Notes under the pieces: generated by a model | What the model was told of the DNA's origin: nothing | Database searches by the model: none | What the model saw: the letters and a program-made list of their open reading frames with translations, nothing else | Part shown: piece after piece, positions 46,187-59,494 of the stretch | Numbering within the stretch: position 1 is the stretch's first letter | Layout of the letters: the number at the start of each line of letters is the position of its first letter | Source: an uncultured Actinomycetota bacterium | Lineage (GTDB): Bacteria > Actinomycetota > Actinomycetes > JAFAQI01 | Assembly: GCA_963770565.1 (NCBI GenBank) | Contig: CAVYQE010000002.1 | Span: forward strand, 128,001 to 192,000 | Length of the DNA: 64,000 bases | Reading direction: 5' to 3' | Translations under genes and position numbers: made by a program

Positions 46187-47236
46187 GTGCGACCGCAGCT
46201 CAAACCGGCCTTGCGCCGGCTGTGGCGCGACCCGGCCACGCTGCAGCTCGGCATCGACCCGAGGTACGCCGTGGCTCTCGGCGGCATCGACGTCGGCGAT
46301 GCCGGCCTGCTCGAGCTCCTCGACGGCACGCGGGGCACTGCGGAGCTGCTCGACGAGGCCACCCACCGCGGCCACCGGATCGAGCGGGTCCGCGAGCTGC
46401 TCGCGGCGCTCGAGGACGCGGCCGCGTTGGACGACGCGAGCGCGACCGACGAACCGCGGGCCGGCACCGACCCCGGCGATCCGCGCCACCACCCCGACCT
46501 GCTCTCGCTGTCGCTGGCGCACCCCGAGCCGGGCGCCGCGCAGCGGGTGATGCGGGCGCGCACGCGCGCGGTGGTCGAGGTCCTCGGTGCCGGTCGGGTC
46601 GGGGCCTCGCTCGCCCTGCTGCTGGCGGCCGCTGGAGTCGGTCAGCTCATCCTCGGTGACCAGGGTCCGCAACAGCCGGCCGACTTCGCGCCCGGCGGGG
46701 TACGCGGTCCCGGCCCGCACCAGGCCAGCCGGGCCGACGCGGTCCACGCCGCACTCGGCGGCGACGCGCGCAGGCGCACCCGCCACAGCGCCCGCAGCGA
46801 GGCACCCGCGATCGTCGTCCTCGCGCCGACCGGCTGCATGGTGCCGCCGGAATGGCTCCGGCAGGTCCGCAACCGGACCCACCTCCCGGTGACGATCCGC
46901 GAGACCACCGCGATCATCGGGCCGCTGGTGGTGCCGGGCCGGACTCCGTGCCTACGCTGCGTCGAGCTGCTGCGCGGCGACCGCGACCCGGTGTGGCCGG
47001 CCCTTGCCGCCCAGCTGGTCGGAGCGCGGCCCGAGACCGAGCCTTGCGACATCGCCCTCGCGAGCGCGGCCGCGTCGATCGTCGCGCTGCACGTGCTGGC
47101 CTGGCTGGATCGGCGCGGGGCGCAGCCGCCGCCGAGCGTGGGCGGCGTACTCGAGCTCTCGCTCAGCGACCTTCGGCTGCGGCGGCGGACGATCGTGGCT
47201 CATCCCGGCTGCGGCTGCGGGGCGATCGACGCCTGA
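46187..47236 (+). CDS. ThiF/cyclodehydratase-like protein (Rv3196-like)
   Basis: RPQLKPALRRLWRD..TLQLG, GAGRVG, IGPLVVPGRTPCLRC, HPGCGC. Confidence 0.82.
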   Translation: MRPQLKPALRRLWRDPATLQLGIDPRYAVALGGIDVGDAGLLELLDGTRGTAELLDEATHRGHRIERVRELLAALEDAAALDDASATDEPRAGTDPGDPRHHPDLLSLSLAHPEPGAAQRVMRARTRAVVEVLGAGRVGASLALLLAAAGVGQLILGDQGPQQPADFAPGGVRGPGPHQASRADAVHAALGGDARRRTRHSARSEAPAIVVLAPTGCMVPPEWLRQVRNRTHLPVTIRETTAIIGPLVVPGRTPCLRCVELLRGDRDPVWPALAAQLVGARPETEPCDIALASAAASIVALHVLAWLDRRGAQPPPSVGGVLELSLSDLRLRRRTIVAHPGCGCGAIDA

Positions 47237-47254
47237 GCGAGCCGGCAGATCGGC

Positions 47255-48541
<1,287 letters not shown>

Positions 48542-48603
48542 CGAATCTCCCTCTGCCGTGCGCCCCGACGAACCCTGCGGCGTCGGTAACCGAGAATAGA
48601 AGG

Positions 48604-49989
48604 GTGACCGACATCCCGAAGTGGGCGATCTCGCGAGGGGTGAAGCTCGCGGGCCTCCCGATCGGGGTAGCCGGCCGCACCGCGGTCGGCATCGGCAAGC
48701 GTATCGGCGGGCGACCGGCCGAGATCGTCGCCTCCGAGGTCCAGCAACGCACCGCCGAGCAGCTCTTCCGCGTGCTCGGGGAGCTCAAGGGTGGCGCGAT
48801 GAAGTTCGGCCAGGCGCTGTCGGTCTTCGAGGCGGCCCTGCCCGAGGACCTGGCCGCGCCGTACCGAGCCGCACTGACCAGGTTGCAGGATGCCGCCCCG
48901 CCGATGCCGGCATCGACGGTCGGCAAGGTGATGACGAAGGAGCTCGGGGAGGACTGGCGCGAGCGGTTCCGCGCGTGGGACGACAAGCCGGCCGCGGCCG
49001 CGTCGATCGGGCAGGTCCACCGGGCGGTCTGGCACGACGGCCGTGAGGTCGCGGTCAAGGTGCAATACCCGGGTGCCGGCCCGGCGCTGCTCTCCGACCT
49101 GAACCAGCTGGCCCGATTCGCCCGGCTGTTCACCATCATCAATCCCGGGCTCGACGTGAAGCCGCTGATCAAGGAGCTCAAGGAGCGGGTCGCGGAGGAG
49201 CTCGACTACGCGATCGAGGCGCAGTCCCAGGCCACCTTCCACGCCGCATACGTCGACGACCCGGAGATGGTCGTCCCCGCGGTCATCGAGCACTCCGGCA
49301 ACGTCCTGGTGACCGAGTGGATCGACGGGACCCAGCTCTCGGTGATCATCCGCGACGGCAGCCGGCCGCAGCGCAACCGAGCCGGGCTGCTGTTCGTACG
49401 GTTCCTGATGTCGGGCCCGGAGCGCTGCGGCCTCCTGCACGCCGACCCGCACCCCGGCAACTTCCTGCTCACTGCCGACAACCGGCTCGCGGTGCTCGAC
49501 TACGGCGCGGTCAACCGGCTGCCGGACGGCCTGCCGACCAAGATCGGACCGCTCGGCCGGCTCGCCCTCGAAGGCCGGGCTGAGGACGTCCTGATCGGCC
49601 TGCGGGCCGAGGGCTTCATCCCGGAGAGCCTGGAGGTCGACGCGCAGGCGGTGCTCGACTACGTGACGCCGATGCTCGAACCGGTGCGCGCGGACACGTT
49701 CCACTTCACCCGGCCCTGGCTGCGCCGCGAGGCGGCGCGGGTCGCCGACCCACGGTCGCCGGCCAACGCGCTCGGCCGCCAGCTCAACCTGCCGCCGTCG
49801 TACCTGCTGTTGCATCGGGTGAGCGCCGGCATCACCGGCGTGCTCTGCCAGCTCGACGCCGACATTCCGTACGGCGCTGAGCTGCGCCGATGGGTGCCCG
49901 GCCTTGCCGATCCCAAGCCGGCCCGCAAGCGCAAGGCGGTGAAACCGGCTGTGCGCATCGACGTCGACGACGCCGAAACCGCCTCATAA
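48604..49989 (+). CDS. ABC1/UbiB (AarF) atypical kinase
   Basis: [45 protein letters not shown]. Confidence 0.92.
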   Translation: MTDIPKWAISRGVKLAGLPIGVAGRTAVGIGKRIGGRPAEIVASEVQQRTAEQLFRVLGELKGGAMKFGQALSVFEAALPEDLAAPYRAALTRLQDAAPPMPASTVGKVMTKELGEDWRERFRAWDDKPAAAASIGQVHRAVWHDGREVAVKVQYPGAGPALLSDLNQLARFARLFTIINPGLDVKPLIKELKERVAEELDYAIEAQSQATFHAAYVDDPEMVVPAVIEHSGNVLVTEWIDGTQLSVIIRDGSRPQRNRAGLLFVRFLMSGPERCGLLHADPHPGNFLLTADNRLAVLDYGAVNRLPDGLPTKIGPLGRLALEGRAEDVLIGLRAEGFIPESLEVDAQAVLDYVTPMLEPVRADTFHFTRPWLRREAARVADPRSPANALGRQLNLPPSYLLLHRVSAGITGVLCQLDADIPYGAELRRWVPGLADPKPARKRKAVKPAVRIDVDDAETAS

Positions 49990-50037
49990 CGGCCACCGGC
50001 ATCCCACCCGTCGTGAGCGCTGGTCTACCGTGCGGCA

Positions 50038-51612
<1,575 letters not shown>

Positions 51613-51622
51613 GTCAGGAGCG

Positions 51623-52210
51623 ATGCCCGCGATGACGACGGGAGATATCGACCTCGAAGCAGCCGAGGTGGCCGCGGGCGCGCTCCTCGACGCGCTCGGC
51701 ATCGACCGCAGCCAGGGCCCGCTCGCCGGCACGCCGCGGCGGATCGCCCGGGCGTACGCGGAGTTGCTGACTCCGCGGGAGTTCTCGCTGACGACCTTCC
51801 CCAACGACGAGGGGTACGACGAACTCGTCATCGCGCGCGACATCCCGTTCACCTCGGTGTGCGAGCACCACCTGCTGCCGTTCATCGGCACGGCTGTGGT
51901 CGCGTACCTGCCGGACGAGCGGATCCTCGGCCTGTCCAAGCTGGCCCGGGTGGTGGAGCTGTTCGCGCGACGGCCGCAGGTGCAGGAGCGGATGACGATC
52001 CAGATCGCGCACTGGCTCAACGACAACCTGGCGCCCAAGGGCGTCGGGATCGTGCTCGAAGCCGAGCACACCTGCATGACCACGCGCGGCGTGGGCGCGC
52101 GCGGCGCGACGACGGTGACGTCGACGCTGCTCGGTCATCTGCGCGACGACGCGCGGAGCCGAGCTGAGTTCCTGACCCTCGCCCACGGGCATCACGGCTC
52201 GATCAGCTGA
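51623..52210 (+). CDS. folE: GTP cyclohydrolase I
   Basis: TPRRIA, SVCEHHLLPF.G, GLSKLAR, QVQERMT, AEHTCM..RG. Confidence 0.93.
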   Translation: MPAMTTGDIDLEAAEVAAGALLDALGIDRSQGPLAGTPRRIARAYAELLTPREFSLTTFPNDEGYDELVIARDIPFTSVCEHHLLPFIGTAVVAYLPDERILGLSKLARVVELFARRPQVQERMTIQIAHWLNDNLAPKGVGIVLEAEHTCMTTRGVGARGATTVTSTLLGHLRDDARSRAEFLTLAHGHHGSIS

Positions 52211-52248
52211 CAGCAAATCTTCAGGTTCTCCTCACATCTTGCTCAGGG
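52208..52248 (+). promoter_or_regulatory. 11-bp-periodic direct repeats (PhoP/MprA-type) upstream of the exporter operon
   Basis: ACAGC (52210), TCAGG (52221), TCACA (52232), TCAGG (52243). Confidence 0.45.
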
Positions 52249-52326
52249 CGAGTCATCACGCTGATCCCCAGGTGCCGGACGTTCCGGCGTGCGCCGCATC
52301 CTCCGCGCGAAGGGAATGATCCGCTC

Positions 52327-53517
52327 GTGTCACGGCTGACCCACACCCTGCGCCGCTGGCCGGTCGTCGTGGGCCTCGTTGTCCTCGTGGTGGCCGGCGG
52401 CGGTGTCACGGCTTGGGCGATGAGCCGGTCCGGCTCTAGTACCTCATCGACCCAGTTGGTCGCAGCGCAGGTCAACACGATCAGGTCGACGGTCTCGGCG
52501 TCCGGAACGATCGAGCCGGCACACGAGGCAAGCCTCGATTTCGCGGCCACCGGCCGGGTGACGAAGGTGTGGGTGAAGGCGGGCGCGACGGTCAAGAAGG
52601 GGCAACGACTCGCAAGCATCACCAAGATCGCGCTCGTAGCGGCCAAAGACGCAGCGAAGGCAACGGTCGCGTCAGCCGCGGACCAGGTCGCCAATGACGG
52701 CTCGGCGAGCTCCGTGCAGCAGACCTCCGACCAGGCTGCGCTCCGCGCGGCGCGCAGCTCGCTGCGCAGCGCCAAGCAGGCGCTGGCCGATGCGACGCTG
52801 CGCTCAACCATCGCCGGCACGGTCACCGCGGTGAACCTCACGGTTGGACAGCAAGTATCGGGAGGCTCCGCGGTCGGCGGTGCCAACGCGGCCAGCGCCT
52901 CCTCGGACTCCAGCAGCCAGGTCGACGTCCAGTCGTCGACGTCCTTCGTGGTGAACGCCAGCGTCGATGACACCGAGATCAGCAGCGTGAAGAAGGGGCA
53001 GGCCGTCCAGATCACCCCCGACGGGGCGAACACCCCGGTGAGCGGCGTCGTCTCGTCGGTGAGCAGCGTGCCGTCCAGCAGTTCCGGCGTGGTCAACTTC
53101 CCGGTCGTCGTGAAGGTCTCCGGCCAGCCGAGCGGTGTCTACGCAGGCGCCAGCGCAACCCTGTCGATCACGACGAAGAAGGCGTTCAAGGCACTCGAGA
53201 TCCCGACCCTCGCCATCACCTACAACGGATCCACCGCGACCGTTCAGGTCAGCGAGGGGGCCGGTACGTCGAAACGAACCATCACGGTCGGGCAGAGCTT
53301 CGGCGCCGAGACCCAGGTCCTGTCCGGGCTCAAGGCAGGCGACAAGGTCGTCCTCTCGATTCCGACCTTCGGCCGGGTGATCACCAACCGCGGCGGCAAC
53401 GGCGGAGGCGGGAACTTCCCGGGCGGCGGGTTCCCAGGCGGCGGCACCTTCGGCAACGGGGGCGGCGGCGGATTCCCCACCGGCGGCTTCGGCGGCGGCG
53501 GATCGTCCGCACCATGA
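52327..53517 (+). CDS. Membrane-fusion (MacA/HlyD-like) adaptor protein
   Basis: TM anchor, VSASGTIEP, lipoyl halves (GRVTKVWVKAGATV / LRSTIAGTV), Gly-rich tail. Confidence 0.88.
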   Translation: MSRLTHTLRRWPVVVGLVVLVVAGGGVTAWAMSRSGSSTSSTQLVAAQVNTIRSTVSASGTIEPAHEASLDFAATGRVTKVWVKAGATVKKGQRLASITKIALVAAKDAAKATVASAADQVANDGSASSVQQTSDQAALRAARSSLRSAKQALADATLRSTIAGTVTAVNLTVGQQVSGGSAVGGANAASASSDSSSQVDVQSSTSFVVNASVDDTEISSVKKGQAVQITPDGANTPVSGVVSSVSSVPSSSSGVVNFPVVVKVSGQPSGVYAGASATLSITTKKAFKALEIPTLAITYNGSTATVQVSEGAGTSKRTITVGQSFGAETQVLSGLKAGDKVVLSIPTFGRVITNRGGNGGGGNFPGGGFPGGGTFGNGGGGGFPTGGFGGGGSSAP

Positions 53518-54236
53518 GCACTGCGAGCGAGGAGAGCGCCCCTACTCTCGAGCTCACGGATGTGAGGAAGACCTACCGCACGGGCTCGATCGAGGTCGAG
53601 GCTCTGCGCGGCGTCACACTGTCGGTTTACGCCGGTGACTACATGGCGATCATGGGTCCGTCCGGATCCGGCAAGTCGACCCTGATGCACATCCTCGGCT
53701 GCCTCGACGTACCGACCTCGGGTGAGTACCTGCTTGCCGGCGAGCAGGTGGCAACAATGAACGAAGAGGACCTGGCCGAGATCCGCAACCGACGCATCGG
53801 CTTCGTCTTCCAGCAGTTCAACCTGCTCGCCTCTCTCACCGCATGGCGCAACGTCGAGCTGCCGCTCACCTACGCAGGCGTGCCGGCGCACACTCGCCGC
53901 GAGCGGGCGATGGAAGCGCTCGAGCGGGTAGGCCTGTCCGACCGGGTTGAACATCGCCCGGGCGAGCTGTCCGGTGGTCAGCAGCAGCGGGTCGCCCTGG
54001 CGCGTGCCCTCGTCACGGACCCGGCGGTGATTCTCGCCGACGAGCCGACCGGCAATCTCGATTCGGCCTCGTCCGCAGAGGTGCTCGCCCTGCTCGCCGA
54101 CCTGCACCAGGCCGGGCGGACCGTCGTGCTCATCACGCACGAGGCGGACATCGCCGATCGAGCCCAGCGGGTGGTGCATATCCTCGACGGAGAGCTCGAG
54201 CCCGAGAGGCCCCAACCGATCGGGGCGCAGCGATGA
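53514..54236 (+). CDS. ABC transporter ATP-binding protein (MacB/LolD type)
   Basis: GPSGSGKS, FQQFNL, LSGGQQQRV, ADEPTGNLD, ITH. Confidence 0.95.
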   Translation: MSTASEESAPTLELTDVRKTYRTGSIEVEALRGVTLSVYAGDYMAIMGPSGSGKSTLMHILGCLDVPTSGEYLLAGEQVATMNEEDLAEIRNRRIGFVFQQFNLLASLTAWRNVELPLTYAGVPAHTRRERAMEALERVGLSDRVEHRPGELSGGQQQRVALARALVTDPAVILADEPTGNLDSASSAEVLALLADLHQAGRTVVLITHEADIADRAQRVVHILDGELEPERPQPIGAQR

Positions 54237-55471
54237 ACTGGCTGGAGACCGCGCGCACCAGCCTCGCTGCCGTTCGCTCGCACCGACTCCGCTCGTTGCT
54301 CACGATGCTGGGGATCCTGATCGGGATCGCCGCGGTGATGCTCACGGTCGGCCTCGGCGAGGGCGCACAGAAGCAGGTCCGCGACCAGATCAACGCACTC
54401 GGCAGCAACCTGCTCGTCGTGACTCCGGGCAGCTCGACCAGCAGTTCCGGCGTACGGGGCGGATTCGGATCCGCTTCGACGTTGACGACCGCTGACGCGA
54501 CCGCACTCGACGCGAAGGCGAGCAGCCCGGACATCGCCTCGGTAGCGCCGACCACGTCGACCGAGGAGGAGCTCACGGCCGGGTCGACCAACTGGACGAC
54601 CAGCGTCGTCGGCGCCACTCCGTCATGGCTGGACGTGCGCGCCCGCTCTGTGACGTCCGGGCGGTTCCTCACCGCGAACGACGAGTCGACCGACGCTGCG
54701 GTGGTGGTGCTCGGTTCGGAGACCTCGTCGGAGCTCTTCGGCGCGCGCGATCCGGTCGGGCAGACGGTGACGATGAGCGGAATCCCGTTCCAGGTGGTCG
54801 GGCTGCTCAACTCGGTCGGATCCGGGTCCTCGTCAACCGGCGACCAGGACGACCAGGCGATCATCCCGCTGTCGACGGCCACCACGAGAGTCATCGGTGG
54901 AACATCGCGGACCTCGGTGTCGGACATCTACCTCGAGGCGAGCAGCAGTCACACGATCTCGGCCGCCTACCAAGAGGCCGACCAGGAGCTACTCGCGCTG
55001 CACGGCATCACGAATACGACCGACGCCGACTTCTCGATCGCTTCGCAGCAATCACTACTGTCCACGGCGACCAGCGTCGACAAGACACTGACCGTGCTGC
55101 TCGGCGGTATCGCTGCCATCTCGTTGCTGGTGGGTGGAATCGGTGTGATGAACATCATGCTTGTCTCGGTGACGGAGCGAACCCGCGAGATCGGCCTGCG
55201 CAAGGCGCTCGGCGCGACGCCCAAGGCGATCCGGCGGCAGTTCCTCGTCGAAGCATCGGTGCTAGGTCTGTCAGGGGGGATCCTCGGCGTGGTGTTGGGC
55301 ACGGTCGGCGCCGTCGTGCTGCCCCACTTCATCTCAGACCCGATCTCGGTGTCCACCGCCGCCGCCGGCGGCGCGATCGTGGTGGCGGTAGCAATCGGGA
55401 TCGCCTTCGGCGTCTATCCCGCGAGCCGCGCGGCGCGACTTGCACCGATCGACGCATTGCGAAGCGAGTGA
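54233..55471 (+). CDS. MacB-type ABC permease
   Basis: LRSLLTMLGILIGIA, SLLVGGIGVMNIMLVSVTERTREIG, YPASRAARL.PIDALR. Confidence 0.93.
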   Translation: MNWLETARTSLAAVRSHRLRSLLTMLGILIGIAAVMLTVGLGEGAQKQVRDQINALGSNLLVVTPGSSTSSSGVRGGFGSASTLTTADATALDAKASSPDIASVAPTTSTEEELTAGSTNWTTSVVGATPSWLDVRARSVTSGRFLTANDESTDAAVVVLGSETSSELFGARDPVGQTVTMSGIPFQVVGLLNSVGSGSSSTGDQDDQAIIPLSTATTRVIGGTSRTSVSDIYLEASSSHTISAAYQEADQELLALHGITNTTDADFSIASQQSLLSTATSVDKTLTVLLGGIAAISLLVGGIGVMNIMLVSVTERTREIGLRKALGATPKAIRRQFLVEASVLGLSGGILGVVLGTVGAVVLPHFISDPISVSTAAAGGAIVVAVAIGIAFGVYPASRAARLAPIDALRSE

Positions 55472-55472
55472 C

Positions 55473-56411
55473 ATGACGGACAGGACGGATCCGATGATGG
55501 CGACCGCAACCCGCTCCCGACCCGCCGTACTGGGCGCAACGCTTGGTCTGGCCTCGCTCGCGCTGATCATGACCGCATGCGGTGGCGGGTCGAAGCCCAC
55601 CAGCAGCAGCGTAGGCACACCGGCGCCAAGGACATCGGGCGCTCCGAACCGAGCGAACATCTTCGCCGACCTCGGTACCGTTAGCGGGATGGTCGAGGCG
55701 ATCTCGGGGGCGACCGCGTCGATCAAGGAGAACGACGGCACGAACTCGTCCATCGCCTGGGCATCCCAGACGCGCTTCTCGAAGATCAGCGCCATCTCGC
55801 TGTCGGCCCTGGCGAAAGGTGACTGCGTCAGCGTGACCGGCACCCGCGGTTCGACGTCGACGAATGCACCCACGCAGACGGTCACCGCAGCCAGCGTCTC
55901 GGTCACGAGCACCAACGGATGCACGGGCGGATCAGGCTTCGGCGGCTTCCCCGGCGGTAGTGGTGGCGGCCTGCCCGGCGGGGGCAATGGCTCGCCGCCG
56001 CCGTTCAGCAACTTCGCAACGCCACGACCGAGCGGCTCGCCCGGCTTCGGCGGCGGCTTCGGGAGCGGGCGCGGCTTCGGGGGCGCGTTCGGGACGGTGA
56101 CATCGATCTCAGGGTCGACGATCGTCGTGACGTCGCCGGTCGGCAACGGTAGCCGTGTCACCGTCAAGACCACGGCCCAGACCACGTATTCGTCGACCGC
56201 GCAAGCATCGGCCAGCGATGTCACCTCAGGCATCTGTGTCAACGCCATCGGTAGCAAGACCAGCACCGGGCGAATCAACGCGCAGACGATCACCCTGTCG
56301 TCGCCAGCCAACGGGAAATGCGCGACCCCAGCGTTTGGCCCTGGGGGCCGCGGGTTCGGTTTCGGCGCACGGCCGTCGCCGAACAGTTCGCCCGGGGTGG
56401 CGAATGCCTGA
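55473..56411 (+). CDS. Lipoprotein with tandem OB-fold-like (DUF5666-like) domains
   Basis: Lipobox-like IMTAC; two G.V..ISG..T...GDCV/GICV repeats separated by a Gly-rich linker. Confidence 0.7.
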   Translation: MTDRTDPMMATATRSRPAVLGATLGLASLALIMTACGGGSKPTSSSVGTPAPRTSGAPNRANIFADLGTVSGMVEAISGATASIKENDGTNSSIAWASQTRFSKISAISLSALAKGDCVSVTGTRGSTSTNAPTQTVTAASVSVTSTNGCTGGSGFGGFPGGSGGGLPGGGNGSPPPFSNFATPRPSGSPGFGGGFGSGRGFGGAFGTVTSISGSTIVVTSPVGNGSRVTVKTTAQTTYSSTAQASASDVTSGICVNAIGSKTSTGRINAQTITLSSPANGKCATPAFGPGGRGFGFGARPSPNSSPGVANA

Positions 56412-58113
56412 ACCCCGAGTCAGAGGCGCGCGCCGGCTTGTGGTGGTCGGCGTCGTGGTTGTCGTCGCCGCAGGGGCGGCCTCCTCGGCGTGGGCGCTGA
56501 CCCGGCCGACTGGGCCGTCGTACCGGACCGCGACCGTCACCCACGGCACGGTTGACCAGACGCTGACCACGACCGGCGAGCTCAGTCCCATGCGGTACGC
56601 CAACGACGACTTCCAGGTGTCCGGCAAGGTCGCAAAGGTCGACGTGAAGGTCGGGGACCACGTCGCGGCCGGAGCCACCGTTGCACTCCTGCACCGCGCG
56701 ACCTTGCAGGCCGCCCTCCGCACGGCAAAGGCGGGACTGAGCAGCGCCCGCGAACGGCTGCAGCAGGACGAGTCCGGCGAAGCGTCAGCCGCCGCCGCGT
56801 CAACCACCTCAACCGTGACCGCCGCCGCGTCGGACGTCAGCTACCGCGCAGCAACCGTGACGGTGAGCCCGCAGCCTCAGCCGTCCGGGTCACCCGGCGG
56901 CTCCGGCGGCAGCCCGACCGGGCCAGGAGCCGGCGGTGGGCATGGAGTGGTGACCGCAGCAACGTTGCGTTCGGACCAACGGGCAGTCGTACGCGCACAG
57001 CGCGCCGTCGACCGCGACCTTGCGAACGCGAAGATCGCGCTCAAGACCGAGAGCACCGCCTGTGCCAGCGAAACCGGATCCTCGCCCGGCACCGCCGGCG
57101 GCGCCACCTCCTCAACCTCCGTCACACTCTCGTGCACCGCTGCCGCCCAGGCGCTCCTGCACGACCAGCAGGTCGTCAGCGCTGACGAGACCTCCGTCAA
57201 CCAGGCCGAGCAAGTGCTCAGCGCGGACCTGTCGACTGCCGAGAAGTCGTTGAAAACCCAGGGAAACTCTGGCTCGACAACCACCGGTAGTGGCAATGGC
57301 GGGCGGTCAACGTTGGGCGGCGGCTCCACGACGACCGTGACGGCGGCCGAGCTCGCTTCCGACCAAGCGAACATCGACACCGAGCGTGCCCAGGTCGCGA
57401 CCGCCAGGTCCGACCTCGGCCAAGCAACGTTGCATGCGACGATCAGCGGAACAGTTGCGGCCGTGACCATCGGCAAGGGCGACAGCGTGTCCGGCAGTTC
57501 CAGCGCGACCAGCCCTGCCTTCGAGATCATCGGCTCACACCAGGACAAGGCGACGATCTACGTCAGCGACACCCAGGTGCGCCGGATGAAGGTCGGCCAG
57601 ACCGCGCGAATCATTCCCGACGGCACGAGCCGTTCCGTGAGTGGCCGGGTCGTTGCCATCGGCGGGTCCGGAACTGAGTCGGACTCCGGTTCGATCAGCT
57701 ATCCGGTAACGGTCGACGTCGCCGACCCGTCGGACACGATCGTCGCCGGCGCCGACGCGGCGGTGTCGATCACGCTCGCAACCGCGTCGAACGTGCTGGC
57801 CGTCCCGACCTCGGCCGTGCACTACCAGGGTGCAACGGCGTACGTCGATCTGCTCCGCAACGGAAAGTCGATCCGGCACACCGTCACCGTCGGTGCAGTC
57901 GGTCCAGCGCTGACCGAAGTCACGTCGGGCCTGTCCGAGGGACAGCGGGTCATCCTGGCCGACCTCAACGCTTCGGTGCCGAGCAGCAGCTCCACGCTCA
58001 CCGGTCGCTTCGGCGGCGGCGGGTTCGGGCCGGGCGGCGGGTTCGTTGTCACTCGGCTCGGCTCCGGCGGCACCAAGGGCGGCTTCACCCAGAACGTCGC
58101 GCCCGCACCCTGA
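56404..58113 (+). CDS. Second membrane-fusion (HlyD-like) adaptor protein
   Basis: TM anchor, GKVAKVDVKVGD, LHATISGTV, LAVPTSAV, TSGLSEGQRV. Confidence 0.85.
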   Translation: MPEPRVRGARRLVVVGVVVVVAAGAASSAWALTRPTGPSYRTATVTHGTVDQTLTTTGELSPMRYANDDFQVSGKVAKVDVKVGDHVAAGATVALLHRATLQAALRTAKAGLSSARERLQQDESGEASAAAASTTSTVTAAASDVSYRAATVTVSPQPQPSGSPGGSGGSPTGPGAGGGHGVVTAATLRSDQRAVVRAQRAVDRDLANAKIALKTESTACASETGSSPGTAGGATSSTSVTLSCTAAAQALLHDQQVVSADETSVNQAEQVLSADLSTAEKSLKTQGNSGSTTTGSGNGGRSTLGGGSTTTVTAAELASDQANIDTERAQVATARSDLGQATLHATISGTVAAVTIGKGDSVSGSSSATSPAFEIIGSHQDKATIYVSDTQVRRMKVGQTARIIPDGTSRSVSGRVVAIGGSGTESDSGSISYPVTVDVADPSDTIVAGADAAVSITLATASNVLAVPTSAVHYQGATAYVDLLRNGKSIRHTVTVGAVGPALTEVTSGLSEGQRVILADLNASVPSSSSTLTGRFGGGGFGPGGGFVVTRLGSGGTKGGFTQNVAPAP

Positions 58114-58228
58114 CCGCGCCGTGAAAACCTTCGTAGGCCCCTGACAGCCAGGACGCAGCCCGTTCCCATCGATCACCACCACCGTTGAGTCATCGCCGCT
58201 GACGCGGCGATGACGACGAGGAGTGGTG

Positions 58229-59392
58229 ATGACCGCGCTGGAGCTGCAACGACCGAGCGGCTGGTCGGCGCGGACCGCGACGACCACGCCGGTGCTCGAC
58301 GTCGTGGTGCCGGTGCACAACGAGCAGGCCGCACTCGAGCGCAGCATCCGCCGGCTGCACGCGTACCTCATCGACTCCTTCCCGCTCGACTGGCGGATCA
58401 CGATCGCCGACAGCGGAAGCACCGATTCGACCTGGGCGATCGCTGGCGAGCTCGCCGCGGACCTTCCGGGAATCCGGCTGGTGCAACTGGTGCCGAAAGG
58501 CCGCGGCCGGGCGCTTCGCACCGCGTGGCAGACCAGCGATGCCGCCGTACTCGCGTATATGGACGTCGACCTGTCCACCGACCTGGCCGCGCTCCTGCCC
58601 CTGGTCGCGCCGCTGGTGTCCGGTCACAGCGATGTCGCGATCGGCACCCGGCTCGCCCGCAGCGCACGAGTCATCCGGGGACCGAAGCGCGAGCTGATCT
58701 CCCGGTGCTACAACGCGATCCTGCGGACCGCGCTGGGCGCCGGCTTCAGCGACGCGCAATGCGGTTTCAAGGCGATCCGCAGCGATCGGGCCGCGGTCAT
58801 CCTGCCGGAGGTGAAGGACCAGGGGTGGTTCTTCGACACCGAGTTGCTCGTGCTGTCCGAGCGCGCCGGCCTGCGGATCCACGAGGTGCCGGTCGACTGG
58901 GTCGACGACCCGCACTCGACCGTCGACATCGTCTCGACCGCGCGGGCGGACCTGCGCGGAGTCGCGCGGCTGATGCGCGGCGGGCGGCTGACCCGCCAGG
59001 TCGGCCAGTTCGGGGCGATCGGCGTGCTCAGCACGATCGCCTACCTCGGGCTGTACGCCGTACTCCGGGCGCACATCGGTGCGTTCAGCGCGAATGCAAT
59101 CGCCCTGGGCGTGACCGCGGTGGCGAACACCGCGGCCAACCGGCGGATCACGTTCGGCCTGACCCATCGAGCAGGAATGCTGCGGCACCAGGTGCAGGGC
59201 CTCGGCGTCTTCGGGCTGGCCCTCGCGCTCACCTCGGCGTCCCTTGCCGCGCTGCATCTGGTGGATCCGCACCCGGCCAGATGGGCGGAGCTGACCGCCC
59301 TGGTGATCGCCAACCTCGCCGCGACCGCGCTGCGCTTCGTCCTGCTCAAGCGCTGGGTCTTCCGCACCGCGGTCGCGCACGCGGAGAATTGA
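58229..59392 (+). CDS. GT2 (polyprenol-phosphate mannosyltransferase-like) glycosyltransferase fused to GtrA flippase
   Basis: VVPVHNE, YMDVDLSTD, DAQCGFKA, WFFDTE, NTAANRRITF, LRFVLL..WVF. Confidence 0.9.
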   Translation: MTALELQRPSGWSARTATTTPVLDVVVPVHNEQAALERSIRRLHAYLIDSFPLDWRITIADSGSTDSTWAIAGELAADLPGIRLVQLVPKGRGRALRTAWQTSDAAVLAYMDVDLSTDLAALLPLVAPLVSGHSDVAIGTRLARSARVIRGPKRELISRCYNAILRTALGAGFSDAQCGFKAIRSDRAAVILPEVKDQGWFFDTELLVLSERAGLRIHEVPVDWVDDPHSTVDIVSTARADLRGVARLMRGGRLTRQVGQFGAIGVLSTIAYLGLYAVLRAHIGAFSANAIALGVTAVANTAANRRITFGLTHRAGMLRHQVQGLGVFGLALALTSASLAALHLVDPHPARWAELTALVIANLAATALRFVLLKRWVFRTAVAHAEN

Positions 59393-59402
59393 TGCGCTCG
59401 GC

Positions 59403-59419
59403 TCACAGGATTCTCACAG
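59403..59419 (+). promoter_or_regulatory. PhoP-type box TCACAG-N5-TCACAG
   Basis: TCACAGGATTCTCACAG upstream of the response regulator; matches the mycobacterial PhoP direct repeat. Confidence 0.7.
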
Positions 59420-59494
59420 TCAACGGCCAGAATGGCTTCAGTGCCACTGGCGAGGATGGAGGCACCAGCAGTTCCGGCGACGGATGAGGACACC

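Noticed and set aside
46187-47236. TOMM/RiPP biosynthetic cluster
   Set aside because: No YcaO, dehydrogenase or precursor peptide nearby; the gene is a conserved housekeeping-context ThiF-like protein
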